64,000 bases of DNA from an uncultured delta proteobacterium (GTDB lineage: Bacteria > Desulfobacterota > Binatia > UBA9968). This document shows, one piece after another, positions 11,120-20,522 of this stretch. Made by a program: the position numbers and the translations under genes. Numbering within the stretch: position 1 is the stretch's first letter; the number at the start of each line of letters is the position of its first letter. The DNA lies in NCBI GenBank assembly GCA_963745035.1, contig CAVUVW010000005.1, positions 1 to 64,000 on the forward strand. Direction: 5' to 3'. The notes under the pieces are model-generated. The model was not told where the DNA came from. It saw only the letters and a program-made list of their open reading frames with translations, and did not search any database.

Positions 11120-11144
11120 AGCCGGTTCTCCGACTCACAAAATT

Positions 11145-11228
11145 TACCGCCGAGGCGCGGAGTACGCCGAGGATTGAACTTTGTAAAAATCATTTCGTAC
11201 TCTGTGAACTCTGTGCCTCTGCGGTGAA
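11145..11228. repeat. Imperfect inverted repeat built from 9-mer units
   Basis: accgccgag-gcgcggag-tacgccgag ... ctctgtgaa-ctctgtgc-ctctgcggtg. Related units at about 20408-20425 and 23218-23241. Confidence 0.6.
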
Positions 11229-11247
11229 ACGAATCCTTGTTTTGCTA

Positions 11248-12439
11248 CTATCTCTTTTTCCAGGATAAGCATAGCCCGATCAACGCGACGACCGCGGTCG
11301 CGATGTACATGATCGAAAAACTTTGATTCACCATATCGAGCAACGCGCCCATCGTGAGCGAGCCGAGACCGATGCCGAGGTCGTAAAACAACTGAAATTG
11401 CGCGAGCGACTGGCCGCGGCGGGCGCCGCTTTGATCGACGGCGACGGTCATGAGCGCCGGCTGTGCGGCGCCGGTGCCGAAGCCGCCGACGATCGCCGCG
11501 GCCATCAGCCAATCGGGCGAGGTCGCGATGGCGAGCAGTAAGATTCCGGCGATATTGAGAATCAATCCCGGCAGGATGACTGCGCGGCGGCTGATGCGGT
11601 CGGAGAGCGGGCCCGCGATCGGACGGCTGAGCAAGATGCACGCGGCGTAGACGCCGAACCAGATGCCGGGATTGGTCATGCCGAGCTTGAGCGCGTGAAT
11701 CGGTAAGAATGTCAGAATGCCGCCGTGGCCGAACGAGAGAAAGGCCACCGCAATGGCGGGATGAATCGTTTCTTTGACGGCGATCGTGTCGAGCCAGCGG
11801 GTGGATTTGTGCGCCATGGCGACGTCGCGCGCGGGCTCGGCGATCGGCAGGGCGGCGATGAAACCAATCGCGAGCAAAGCGGCGGCGCCGAAAAAATGCG
11901 CCGGCATAATCGAAACGGTGAAAGAGCGCGAAGCCGAGCACCGGGCCGAGCGCGCTGGCCAGGCTGCTCGCCATGCCGGCGTAGCCCATCAGCTCGCCGC
12001 GCCGCGCTTGCGGCACGATGTCGGCGGCAATGGTCGCCACGGCGGTGGTGCTGCCCGACCAGCCGAGGCCGTGCAGAATCCTTCCGGGAACCATCAGAGC
12101 GATCGACGGCGCCCAGAGGTAGCCGAAGTTGCCGGCGCCGAAAAAGGCGATGCCGTAAAGCAAAAACGGTTTGCGGCCGATGCGATCGATCAGCAAACCG
12201 ACCGGCAGTCGCATCACTGTTGCCGTGATCGTAAACACCGCCATGAACGCGCCGATGACCGTCGAAGACGCGCCGAAGGTGATCAGATAGAGCGGGATCA
12301 ACGGGCGGGTAACGTGGTGCGCGAGAAAGACGCCGAAGCGGCTGATCCAGGTCAGCAAGAAATCTTTGAGCCAAGGGTTTGACGAAGCTTCTTGCTGTGT
12401 CACTGGTGCGCCGTGAACAAAAATCTGAGCGCTCATCAT
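11248..12439 (-). CDS. MFS transporter (one frameshift near 11895)
   Basis: Motif A GLLIDRIGRK and GPLSDRISRR; about 12 hydrophobic segments across two frames. Confidence 0.9.
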
Positions 12440-12506
12440 TGCGGCACGGTTTGGTCAAAGTCAACGGCGCATCGGTGGAATCGGGACCAGGTATAATTTA
12501 GTTTAG

Positions 12507-12576
12507 GAAAGATCTCTCACTTCGTTCGAGATGACAGACTCTTGTTGTCATTCCGAGCATAAGCGAGCAATCCTTC
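12507..12576. repeat. REP-like palindromic element (family A)
   Basis: gaaagatctctcacttcgttcgagatgaca...tgtcattccgagcataagcgagcaatccttc; a second copy lies at 23124-23201. Confidence 0.7.
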
Positions 12577-12665
12577 TGAAAGTGAAGGCGCTACCGGTTG
12601 CAATTTCTTTCCGCCCGCTGTTAGAGGAGAGAAGCGAGATATCGATCTAAGAATTAGGAGGGTTT

Positions 12666-13616
12666 TTGGTGATTTCCCCGGAATCGATCGAAGCAACGGC
12701 GCGCATCGAGCTGCGTTTGTACCGCGATATGCTGCGCACGCGGCTTTTCGAGGAGGCGCTGATTCGCTGGGAGCATGAAGGAAAAATCGCGGCGCAGACT
12801 TTTCCCAGCAGAGGACAGGAAGCGATCGCGATCGGCTGCTGCCTAGCGCTGGAAAAGGGCGACGCGGTGATCCCGTCGTTCCGCACGCGCGGCGCGATGA
12901 TCGGCATGGGCGTGAGCATCGCGGATCAATTGCGCGAGTTCGTCCATAGTCCGCGCGCGGCAGGAGATTCGCGGGACGCGCCGCATCACAGCTCGTGGCC
13001 GGAACTGGGAGTCATGCCGGGCTCGACGATGATCGGCGGTCATCTCGCCATGGCCGCGGGCTTGGCGTGGGCGATGCAGTTCGAAAAGCAATCGGCGGTG
13101 GGCGTCGCATTCTTCGGCGACGGCACACTCGGCTCGGGCGATCTGCACGAGACCATGCACATGGCCGGAGCCTGGGCGCTGCCGCTCATTCTCGTTTGTG
13201 AGAACAACGGCTGGGAAATGTCTACGGCATGGTCGAAGACGCGCAAGTCGCGCTCGTTGATCCCGTACGCCGAGCCGTTCGGTTTGGCGGCGCGGACGGT
13301 GGACGGCAACGACGCTCTGGACGTGTATCATTCGGCGCGCTGGGCGCGCGCGACGGCGCTGGCCGGTCAGCCAGTCTTCCTCGATTGCATGACGTTTCGC
13401 ACCGGTCTTTACAGCTCGCATTTCGGCGAAGTGCGTCCCGGCATCGAAGCGGAGCTCGCCGAAGCGGAGCGGCGCGATCCTTTGAAGCGCATGGCGGACT
13501 GGTTGATCGCGCACGAATCGGCGACGGCGGATGATCTGGAACAGTTGCGCCGCGCCGAAGACGAAAGACTCGAAGAAACATTTGTAAAAGTGCTCGCGGA
13601 AGTTAATCAGGCGTAG
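12666..13616 (+). CDS. TPP-dependent dehydrogenase E1 alpha subunit-like
   Basis: GQEAIAIG, TPP-binding GDG...ENN, VDGND, RDPL. Confidence 0.88.
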   Translation: MVISPESIEATARIELRLYRDMLRTRLFEEALIRWEHEGKIAAQTFPSRGQEAIAIGCCLALEKGDAVIPSFRTRGAMIGMGVSIADQLREFVHSPRAAGDSRDAPHHSSWPELGVMPGSTMIGGHLAMAAGLAWAMQFEKQSAVGVAFFGDGTLGSGDLHETMHMAGAWALPLILVCENNGWEMSTAWSKTRKSRSLIPYAEPFGLAARTVDGNDALDVYHSARWARATALAGQPVFLDCMTFRTGLYSSHFGEVRPGIEAELAEAERRDPLKRMADWLIAHESATADDLEQLRRAEDERLEETFVKVLAEVNQA

Positions 13617-13636
13617 GGGCGACCGGCCGGTCGCCC
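13613..13636 (+). repeat. GTAG-type REP palindrome
   Basis: GTAG-GGGCGACCGGCCGGTCGCCC overlaps the E1-alpha stop codon. A variant lies on the minus strand at 28044-28065. Confidence 0.7.
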
Positions 13637-13673
13637 ACATGAAACGATGTCGTTGACATAGAAAGAAGGTTCA

Positions 13674-14631
13674 GTGTCCATACTAAATTACCGCGATGCG
13701 GTGGGCAGGGCGCTGCACGACTCCATGCGCGATGAAGCCCGTTTGCTGATCATCGGCCAGAATCTGACGAACCACGCGCTCAAGGCGCTGGTCGAGACTT
13801 ACGGCGCAGCGCGCGTGCGCGACTGCTCGATCAGCGAGAGCGCGATGGTGGGAATGGCGGCGGGCGCGGCGATGAAAGGAATGAAAGTCGTCGTGATGAT
13901 CGCCTACGCCGACATCGCATCGGTCTGCCACATGGCGATCGTGCAGAGCGCGGCCAAGCTTCACTACCTCACCAACGGCCGGTTGCGCTGTCCGATCATC
14001 AGTTCGCTTGCCGATCGCGCGCTTCCGCGGCCACGGACCGGAAGGCAACGAAGTCGGCGCGTCGTGGTTTTACAACGTGCCGGACCTGAATATCGCCATG
14101 CCCGCTTCGCCGAGCGAAGCTTACTGGAATTTTCGCGAAGCGCTCGGACGGCCGACGCCGACGTTGTTCTTCGAAGACCGATCGCTGCACACGCGCGCCG
14201 GCGAGTTGGCGGAGAACAATCCCGGCGGCAAGGCACGCATCACCCGGTCGGGCGATCGCCTGTCGATCATCGCCGCCGGCCGCGCCGCGGCGCTCGCGGA
14301 AGACGCCGCGGATGAATTGGCCAAGCAAGGCGCCGCGGGATCGATCGAGGTGGTGAGCCTGGGATTTATCAAACCGCTCGACAAGGAGACCATACTCCGT
14401 TCGGCCGGCAAAACCGGGCGGGTGTTGATCATCCAGGACGAACCGATCCTGTCCGGATATGCGCCTTACGTACGTTGTTTGCTGGATCAGCTGCCGGCGG
14501 GAAAGCTGGCGGCGGCGCCGCGGATTATCGCGGGCGCGGACCAGTTTTTGCCGTTTTGGGACGAGAGGCCGTTTTTGCCATCGATGGAAAGCGTGATTGT
14601 CGCGGCCAAGGAGTTGTTGCCGAGCAAATAG
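13674..14631 (+). CDS. TPP-dependent dehydrogenase E1 beta subunit-like (frameshift near 14005)
   Basis: RVRDCSISESAMVGMAAGAAMKG, IKPLDKETILRSAGKTGRVLIIQ. Confidence 0.85.
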
Positions 14632-14647
14632 GAAGGGTCTGGTCAGA

Positions 14648-15667
14648 ATGAAGAAATTTTTTCAATTGATTCTCGTGATCGTGTTCGTGATGCAAGCCGA
14701 GACGATCGCGGCGCAGGTTGCCAACCCCGATCTGATCGCCCAGGCAAAGAAGGAAGGGCGGATCGTTTGGTACACGACGGTTTCGATCCCGGAGAGCAAG
14801 CAATTCGCCGACATGTTCGAGAAGCAATACCCGTTCATCAAGGTCGACTTGCTCCGCTCCGGCTCCGGCGCTCTGGTCAACCGCATCGTCAGCGAGTACG
14901 CGGCGCGAAATTACGCGGTGGACGTGATGCAAGGAACTTCCAGCCGCGGCGGCTTGACCGCTCTCAGGCAGCGCAACATTCTCGGCCGCTATGAATCGCC
15001 GGAGCATAAATTTCTCGCTCCCGAGTTGAAAGACAAGAACGGCTATTGGGCATCCACCTTCCTGAACACGTTCGTGCTCGCCTACAACAAACGCAACGTC
15101 AAGCCGGACGACGTGCCGAAAACCTACGACGATTTGCTGAAGCCGATATGGAAAGGTCGCCAGATCATCAACGACACGGAGAATTTCGAATGGTTCGATG
15201 GTCTGCTCAAATCCTGGGGGCGCGACAAAGGGCTCGCGTACTTCCGCCGCCTGGCGCAGCAGGACCAGATCTTTCAGCGCGGCGCGCGCGGGCGCATCCA
15301 GCTCGTCGCCGCCGGCGAAGCGCCGCTCACCATCGGCTACGGTCCCCACGCGCAGAGCTTCGTCAACCAGGGCGCGCCCATCGAGTGGGTGCCGCTGGAA
15401 CCGGTGGTGATGATCGTCAGCACGGCGAGCATCGCGCAGCGGCCGCCGCATCCCGCGGCCGCCCGGCTGTTCATCGACTTCCTGTTCTCTCGGACAGCGC
15501 AGTTGAAGCTGCGCGAGATGAGTCGAATTCCTTCGCGCAGCGACGTCGACCCCGACCCGCCGCGCCTGATGAAAGGCTTCAAGAGAATCATTCAGGACCT
15601 GGAGAACGAAAATATGGCCGAATCGACCAAGCTGTTTCAGCAGATCTTCGGACTGGCGCCGGGGTAG
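14648..15667 (+). CDS. Extracellular solute-binding protein (Fe3+/thiamine/phosphonate-type)
   Basis: Signal peptide, AKKEGRIVWYT, PKTYDDLLKPIWKG, PHPAAARLFIDFLFS. Confidence 0.85.
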   Translation: MKKFFQLILVIVFVMQAETIAAQVANPDLIAQAKKEGRIVWYTTVSIPESKQFADMFEKQYPFIKVDLLRSGSGALVNRIVSEYAARNYAVDVMQGTSSRGGLTALRQRNILGRYESPEHKFLAPELKDKNGYWASTFLNTFVLAYNKRNVKPDDVPKTYDDLLKPIWKGRQIINDTENFEWFDGLLKSWGRDKGLAYFRRLAQQDQIFQRGARGRIQLVAAGEAPLTIGYGPHAQSFVNQGAPIEWVPLEPVVMIVSTASIAQRPPHPAAARLFIDFLFSRTAQLKLREMSRIPSRSDVDPDPPRLMKGFKRIIQDLENENMAESTKLFQQIFGLAPG

Positions 15668-15678
15668 GATTGAAAACG

Positions 15679-15720
15679 CGTTCAAAGCGTTCAAGTAGTT
15701 CAAGCTGTTCAAAACGTTCG
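15679..15720 (+). repeat. 9-bp tandem repeat (nGTTCAAnn, about 4.5 copies)
   Basis: cgttcaaag-cgttcaagt-agttcaagc-tgttcaaaa-cgttc. Confidence 0.75.
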
Positions 15721-15825
15721 GACTCGAGATTAAGGGAGAAAAAGGAAACGGAGAAATTTAGCGCAGAATAAGAGTGCGGTGACGCACCGCGGTTTGATTA
15801 GGGCGGCCTCGGGAGAGAAATAGCC

Positions 15826-16665
15826 ATGCCGACAGCAAGCGTCAATGGGATTGAAATTTATTTTGAAGAACATGGAAGCGGAGAAGCGGTGCTGCTCATC
15901 CCGGCATCGTGGTGGCCGAGCGATACCTGGAAGGTCGGAGTTGTGCCCGTGCTATCGCGCCGCTACCGCACGATCATCTTCGACTGCCGCGGCACCGGGC
16001 GGAGCAGCAAGCCCGCCGACGGCTACACCGTCAAAGATTTCGCCGCGGATGCGTTGGGGTTGCTCGACTATCTCGACGTCAAACGCTGCCACGTCGTGGG
16101 ATTCGCGTTGGGCAGCTTGATCGTCCAGGCAATGGCCATCGAACGTCCTGATCTTGTCGCCACTCTGACAATGGCGGCCGCGGGGCCGGGATCGAAAAGG
16201 CTCGATGGTGGGCAGCGCGATCTATCGCCAGAGACGATGCGGGAAATTCGCGAGATGGGTTTCGAACAATACATTCGCAGCCACATCGACAATGACGGCA
16301 TGGCGTATAATCCGGACTTTTACCGCCACCATCGCGAGCTTGCCGCGGCGCTGGCGGACGCCTTGTGGTCGGGGCAATCTACGGTGGAGATGTTTCGCCG
16401 CCATGAAGCGGCGCGACTGAGCTGGGATACGGTGGCCGAAGCGGGAAAGATCAAGGTGCCGGCGTTGATTCTTTGCGGCGCGGATGACGGTATCGAGCGC
16501 CGCGGCAGCACCCCGGCCACCACGGCAAAAAGACTAAGTGCCGCAACTCCCGGCGCGGAACTGGCGCTCCTCCCCGGCGTAAGGCACATGACTTTCTGGG
16601 ACGGCGACACCGCCCTCAATGCGCTTCAGGATTTTCTGTCGCGCCATCCGATCGGCACGACTTAA
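15826..16665 (+). CDS. Alpha/beta hydrolase-fold protein with Ala at the nucleophile position
   Basis: NGIEIYFEEHGSG, FDCRGTGRS, VVGFALGS in place of GxSxG, LILCGADD, GVRHMTF. Confidence 0.85.
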   Translation: MPTASVNGIEIYFEEHGSGEAVLLIPASWWPSDTWKVGVVPVLSRRYRTIIFDCRGTGRSSKPADGYTVKDFAADALGLLDYLDVKRCHVVGFALGSLIVQAMAIERPDLVATLTMAAAGPGSKRLDGGQRDLSPETMREIREMGFEQYIRSHIDNDGMAYNPDFYRHHRELAAALADALWSGQSTVEMFRRHEAARLSWDTVAEAGKIKVPALILCGADDGIERRGSTPATTAKRLSAATPGAELALLPGVRHMTFWDGDTALNALQDFLSRHPIGTT

Positions 16666-16758
16666 GCGGCATGCAGCAGAGAATGTACCACGTAGCGGGT
16701 CATGACTTAAGATCGCCCCAGCGAATAAGAGGATTTCCACTTTGCATGTTTGCTCGAA

Positions 16759-16834
16759 GTCGTATTCCCGCGCACGCGGAATCCAGGTCTATCTCGGCCC
16801 AATTTGCCTGGATACCCGTTTCGCGGTATGACGG
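16759..16834. repeat. Palindromic element (family B, 'ttcccgcg...ggaatccag' type)
   Basis: gtcgtattcccgcgcacgcggaatccagg...cctggatacccgtttcgcggtatgacgg; a second copy lies at 25881-25956. Confidence 0.65.
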
Positions 16835-16949
16835 AATCTTTCTGAATTCGTCATTTTAGCTCTAGATCATCCAACTGCCGCGTATTTTCGAAGGAGCATG
16901 CGAATTTCCCTTTCTTGATCTCGCCCGGTCTTGTCGTACTTAGTCCTGT

Positions 16950-17807
16950 CTACGCAAACTTCGCCGTGGCGAGCATCGAGAGCTTGCCCTCGCCATCCAA
17001 CGCCCAGAGCGCGGCGCTGTTGCCGTCGGCGGAGGGCGCGCCGGCAATGGTGAACTTGCCGCCGCTGTCGTAGATCGAGCGCAAGTTCTGAAAATCGAAA
17101 TTGGCGAGCTGCCGCGACGGCATTTCCCTGCGGCACATCTCGATCAAGAGCTGCGAGATCAAGGAACTCTGGACCACCAGCCCGGGAAGTTTTTCAACCT
17201 GGGTGACATAGTCGCGGTCGTAGTGGATGCGGTGGCTGTTGAAACGGATCGCCGAAAAGCGAAAGAGCAGCGGAGTATTGGGCTCGATGGTCTGCCGCCA
17301 CTTGGCTTCGCCTGGAACCGGCGGAGTCGTCTTCGGCGCCGCGTCCGCCCGCTGCTCGCTCAGCATGCACATGTCACGCTCTTCGATGACGCAGAGCCCG
17401 CGGGAGGTGGACAGGCTGTTGCGCTCGATCACCGTCGCCATGGCGCCGCCCGGGCCGTCGTCGATCTGGATATCGGCGATCTCGGTCTTGCGCGTGACCT
17501 CGTCGCCGATGCGCAGCGGTTCTTTGAACGCGACCCTGGTGCCGCCGATGCGCCGGCGTGGCAGCGGAATGGCCGGCACGATGCCGCCGCCGGAAGCCTG
17601 CCCGTCGGTGCGCATCTTGTCGGGTCGGTGCGACGCCGGAAAAAAACCGCCGTACCAGCCGGGCGGAATGGGAGAGCCTTTTTCGAGCGGCGGATTTTCC
17701 AGTCCCAGTGTCGCCGCGAATTTCACCATCGCCGACGCCGTTACGACGTCGGTCGTCGTTTCACTTTTGCCGATATAGCTTTTGAAGCTTTCCAAAGACT
17801 CTGCCAT
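16950..17807 (-). CDS. Double hot-dog acyl-CoA dehydratase (mesaconyl-C4-CoA / itaconyl-CoA hydratase, HTD2-like)
   Basis: PLPRRRIGG, LLFRFSAIRFNSHRIHYDRDY...PGLVVQ. Confidence 0.85.
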   Translation of the reverse strand: MAESLESFKSYIGKSETTTDVVTASAMVKFAATLGLENPPLEKGSPIPPGWYGGFFPASHRPDKMRTDGQASGGGIVPAIPLPRRRIGGTRVAFKEPLRIGDEVTRKTEIADIQIDDGPGGAMATVIERNSLSTSRGLCVIEERDMCMLSEQRADAAPKTTPPVPGEAKWRQTIEPNTPLLFRFSAIRFNSHRIHYDRDYVTQVEKLPGLVVQSSLISQLLIEMCRREMPSRQLANFDFQNLRSIYDSGGKFTIAGAPSADGNSAALWALDGEGKLSMLATAKFA

Positions 17808-17914
17808 GGCGTGACCTCCGTTTTGTGTTGTTCCGGAACCTATTCTGTGTGGATTCGGCCTGTCAAGGAGAAAGAGTCGTGGGTAGTGAATCAATGCAAA
17901 GCAAAATGGCGTAA

Positions 17915-17982
17915 CCGACTATCGCGAGTGAAAGGACGTGGTTCAACCGGCTCGCGCGATCGAGCAAACGCACATCATCAAG
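17915..17982 (-). pseudogene. Remnant of a DUF5615/PIN-like toxin gene
   Basis: Directly after the DUF433 stop the strand reads DDVRLLDRASRLNHVL-(shift)-FTRD, resembling the DxxLLxxAxxxxRVLxTxD core. No start codon or N-terminus. Confidence 0.55.
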
Positions 17983-18297
17983 CTATTGCGCTGGCTTTCG
18001 GGTTTTCAGGCGTTGCGCCAGGGAAGATGCGGGCGACCGCCGGCGCAGCCGATCGACCAGTTTCAGCCGGCGTTCCATCTCCCGGTCAAACTCAGTTTTA
18101 TGGTCCCAATAGTAGGCCAAAGCCGAGTGGATTTGTCCCATCGTGAGCATAGGATGTTGGAAATGAAGTTCCTGCGGGTTCCGGCCATAGGTGAGATAAT
18201 CGAGCACGAGGTCGACGACTTTGGTGTTTGTGCCGGAAATGACAGGTACCTGCGACTCGTTGAGGACGATATGTTGGTAGTGCGTTTGATCAGGCAC
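17983..18297 (-). CDS. DUF433 domain protein (antitoxin-like)
   Basis: PVISGTNTKVVDLV...GRNPQEL...HPMLTMGQIHSALAYYWDH. Confidence 0.88.
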   Translation of the reverse strand: MPDQTHYQHIVLNESQVPVISGTNTKVVDLVLDYLTYGRNPQELHFQHPMLTMGQIHSALAYYWDHKTEFDREMERRLKLVDRLRRRSPASSLAQRLKTRKPAQ

Positions 18298-18384
18298 GAG
18301 AACCTCCCTGTTCGCGGTTATTCTACGTTGCCCAATTACATTGCAAATTAGCGGCAGTTATGGTTCCGGTACGGCCACGAAGGG

Positions 18385-18675
18385 TTATCGCGTCCGGTTG
18401 TACGTGTAGTCCTCGCGCTCGGTCGTCCCGACGCGCAGCTCGGCGGGAAGCGGTGGACGGGCGGCGTTCGCCTTCGCGTGCACATCGAGCGCGGCCTGAT
18501 CTTGCCAGCGTTCGAGCAAGGTCAGCTTGTCGGGATTGACGACGCTCTGGAAAACTTCGAATTGCTCGCAGCCGGGTTCTTTTGCTATGTCGGCGCAGCG
18601 GCCTTTATATAATTGCGCCAGCTCGGAACCTTTGCCGGGTGCGGCGGTGATCGTCACGATCAATCGAACGGCCAT
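18385..18675 (-). CDS. Antibiotic biosynthesis monooxygenase (ABM) family protein
   Basis: AAPGKG...EPGCEQFEV...LLERWQDQAALDVH. Confidence 0.88.
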   Translation of the reverse strand: MAVRLIVTITAAPGKGSELAQLYKGRCADIAKEPGCEQFEVFQSVVNPDKLTLLERWQDQAALDVHAKANAARPPLPAELRVGTTEREDYTYNRTR

Positions 18676-18792
18676 GTCCTCTCCTTCGACGCCTTGAGGC
18701 GGCGCATTGGTGATGCGACGACTACATTCAATTAGTTTAGTTGCGTGGTGTCAAGAAGAAGAAATGATGTATTTGACTCCATTGCGGGAAAT

Positions 18793-19452
18793 CTATTGGG
18801 TCATCGAGCGCAGCACCGGTTCGAGGGTTTTCCAGACCGTGGCGGCAACGATCTCCTGGCCTTTCGCCGTCGGATGAATGCCATCGGGCAAGTTGAGCGC
18901 CGGGACGCCGCCGACGCCCTCGAGCACGAACGGAATCAACGGCGCTTTGTTCTTTGTCGCAAGATCGGTGAAGATCGCTTCGAACCGTGCGCCGTATTCC
19001 CGGCCCATGTTCGGCGGCACTTTCATGCCGGCGATGACGATGCGGGCGGAGGGATACTTCGCCTTGGTCCGATCGATGATCGATTGTAAATTTTTCCGGG
19101 TGCTCTCCACAGGCAGCCCGCGCAAGCCGTCGTTGCCGCCGAGCTCCAGGACCAGAACTGCGACTTTATTTTTAAGGAGCCAATCCAGACGGTCCAGGGC
19201 GCCGGAGCTGGTATCGCCGCTTTGTCCGGCGTTGACTGCCTTGAAGCGCCAGCCTTTGGCATTGATTTTCTCTTGAATGAGCGCGGGGTACGCCTGCGCC
19301 AACTCCAAGCCGTAGCCGGCGGTGATGCTGTCGCCGAGAAACAGAATTACGCCGCCCTGGGGCGCCGCACCGACCGCGGCCATCAACAGCAGCAATGAAA
19401 GCAGCGCACGACCGCAAAGTTTTCCAAGCCGACCAAGTTGTGTCGTCGTCAT
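18793..19452 (-). CDS. tesA: GDSL/SGNH arylesterase (TesA-like)
   Basis: GDSITAG, NAGQSGDTS, ELGGNDGLRG, DGIHP; divergent from ybbA-ybbP. Confidence 0.9.
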   Translation of the reverse strand: MTTTQLGRLGKLCGRALLSLLLLMAAVGAAPQGGVILFLGDSITAGYGLELAQAYPALIQEKINAKGWRFKAVNAGQSGDTSSGALDRLDWLLKNKVAVLVLELGGNDGLRGLPVESTRKNLQSIIDRTKAKYPSARIVIAGMKVPPNMGREYGARFEAIFTDLATKNKAPLIPFVLEGVGGVPALNLPDGIHPTAKGQEIVAATVWKTLEPVLRSMTQ

Positions 19453-19515
19453 AAAAATTCTAGACTTCGAATACTTAATGCTTTTTCTTTCCGTTAGTAA
19501 TACTCCTTCTCCAGC

Positions 19516-20205
19516 ATGACCCGCGCGATTCTCAAGGTAGAGCATTTAAGCAAGGTTTTTAAGAGCGGCGAGCACGTCGTCAACGTTCTGAGCGACGTTT
19601 CGTTCGCCATCGACGAGGGCAGCACTTGCGCCCTGGTCGGGCCGTCGGGCAGCGGCAAGACCACGCTGATCGCCATTTGCGCCGGCCTCGAGCGGCCGAG
19701 CGAAGGCTCGGTCGCTCTGGACGGTACCGCGCTGCATAGCGCCAGTGAAGAGGATCTGGCCCGCCTGCGCAATCAATCGGTGGGTTTCATTTTTCAGAAT
19801 TTTCAATTCCTGCCGTCGCTCACGGCGCTGGAAAACGTCATGGTTCCCGCCGAGATCCGCGGCGAGAATCACGCCCGCGCGCGCGCGACGGATTTACTCA
19901 AGCAGGTCGGCCTCGACGGCCGGCTAGATCACTACCCGGTGCAGCTTTCGGGCGGCGAGCAGCAGCGGGTGGCGATCGCGCGCGCGTTCATGAATCGCCC
20001 GAGAATTCTTTTCGCCGACGAGCCCACCGGCAATCTCGACGCCGACACGGCGAGGGAGATCATCAAGCTGATCTTCGATCTCAACGCGACGCGCGGAACG
20101 ACGCTCCTGCTGGTGACCCATGATCGCGAGCTTTCTCAACATGCCGGCCGAACGATTCGCTTGCGCGGCGGCAAGGTGGCGTCGGACAGCAACGATTCGA
20201 TCTGA
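19516..20205 (+). CDS. ybbA: ABC transporter ATP-binding protein (YbbA-like)
   Basis: GPSGSGKT, LSGGEQQRV, FADEPTGNLD. Confidence 0.88.
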   Translation: MTRAILKVEHLSKVFKSGEHVVNVLSDVSFAIDEGSTCALVGPSGSGKTTLIAICAGLERPSEGSVALDGTALHSASEEDLARLRNQSVGFIFQNFQFLPSLTALENVMVPAEIRGENHARARATDLLKQVGLDGRLDHYPVQLSGGEQQRVAIARAFMNRPRILFADEPTGNLDADTAREIIKLIFDLNATRGTTLLLVTHDRELSQHAGRTIRLRGGKVASDSNDSI

Positions 20206-20522
20206 GTAGGACGGGTTGATCACGAGATGATTCATGAGCTTATGCTCGCCACACGCCGCACAGAGAATGAAAGATGCGAGGGAAACCCGGAGTTTCCTTT
20301 AGACCCGCGCTCTGTCCAGGTTTTCCAGTTAGTCGGAACGCCGCGAGTGAGAAATGGGCTTCGTACGTATTCTGCCTTCATGCTGTCGATCACGATCCTT
20401 TGAAGGAGGCGCAAAGGACGCAAAGTAATTAAATGCGTTCATGATTTCGCTTCGACCAGCATAACTTCATGACACATTTCTTGATAAGATCGGACGCAAG
20501 TTCGATTGCCGTGACTTATGAT

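Noticed and set aside
15679-15720. CRISPR array
   Set aside because: These are short contiguous 9-mers without spacers. No cas genes or repeat-spacer arrays appear anywhere in the window.
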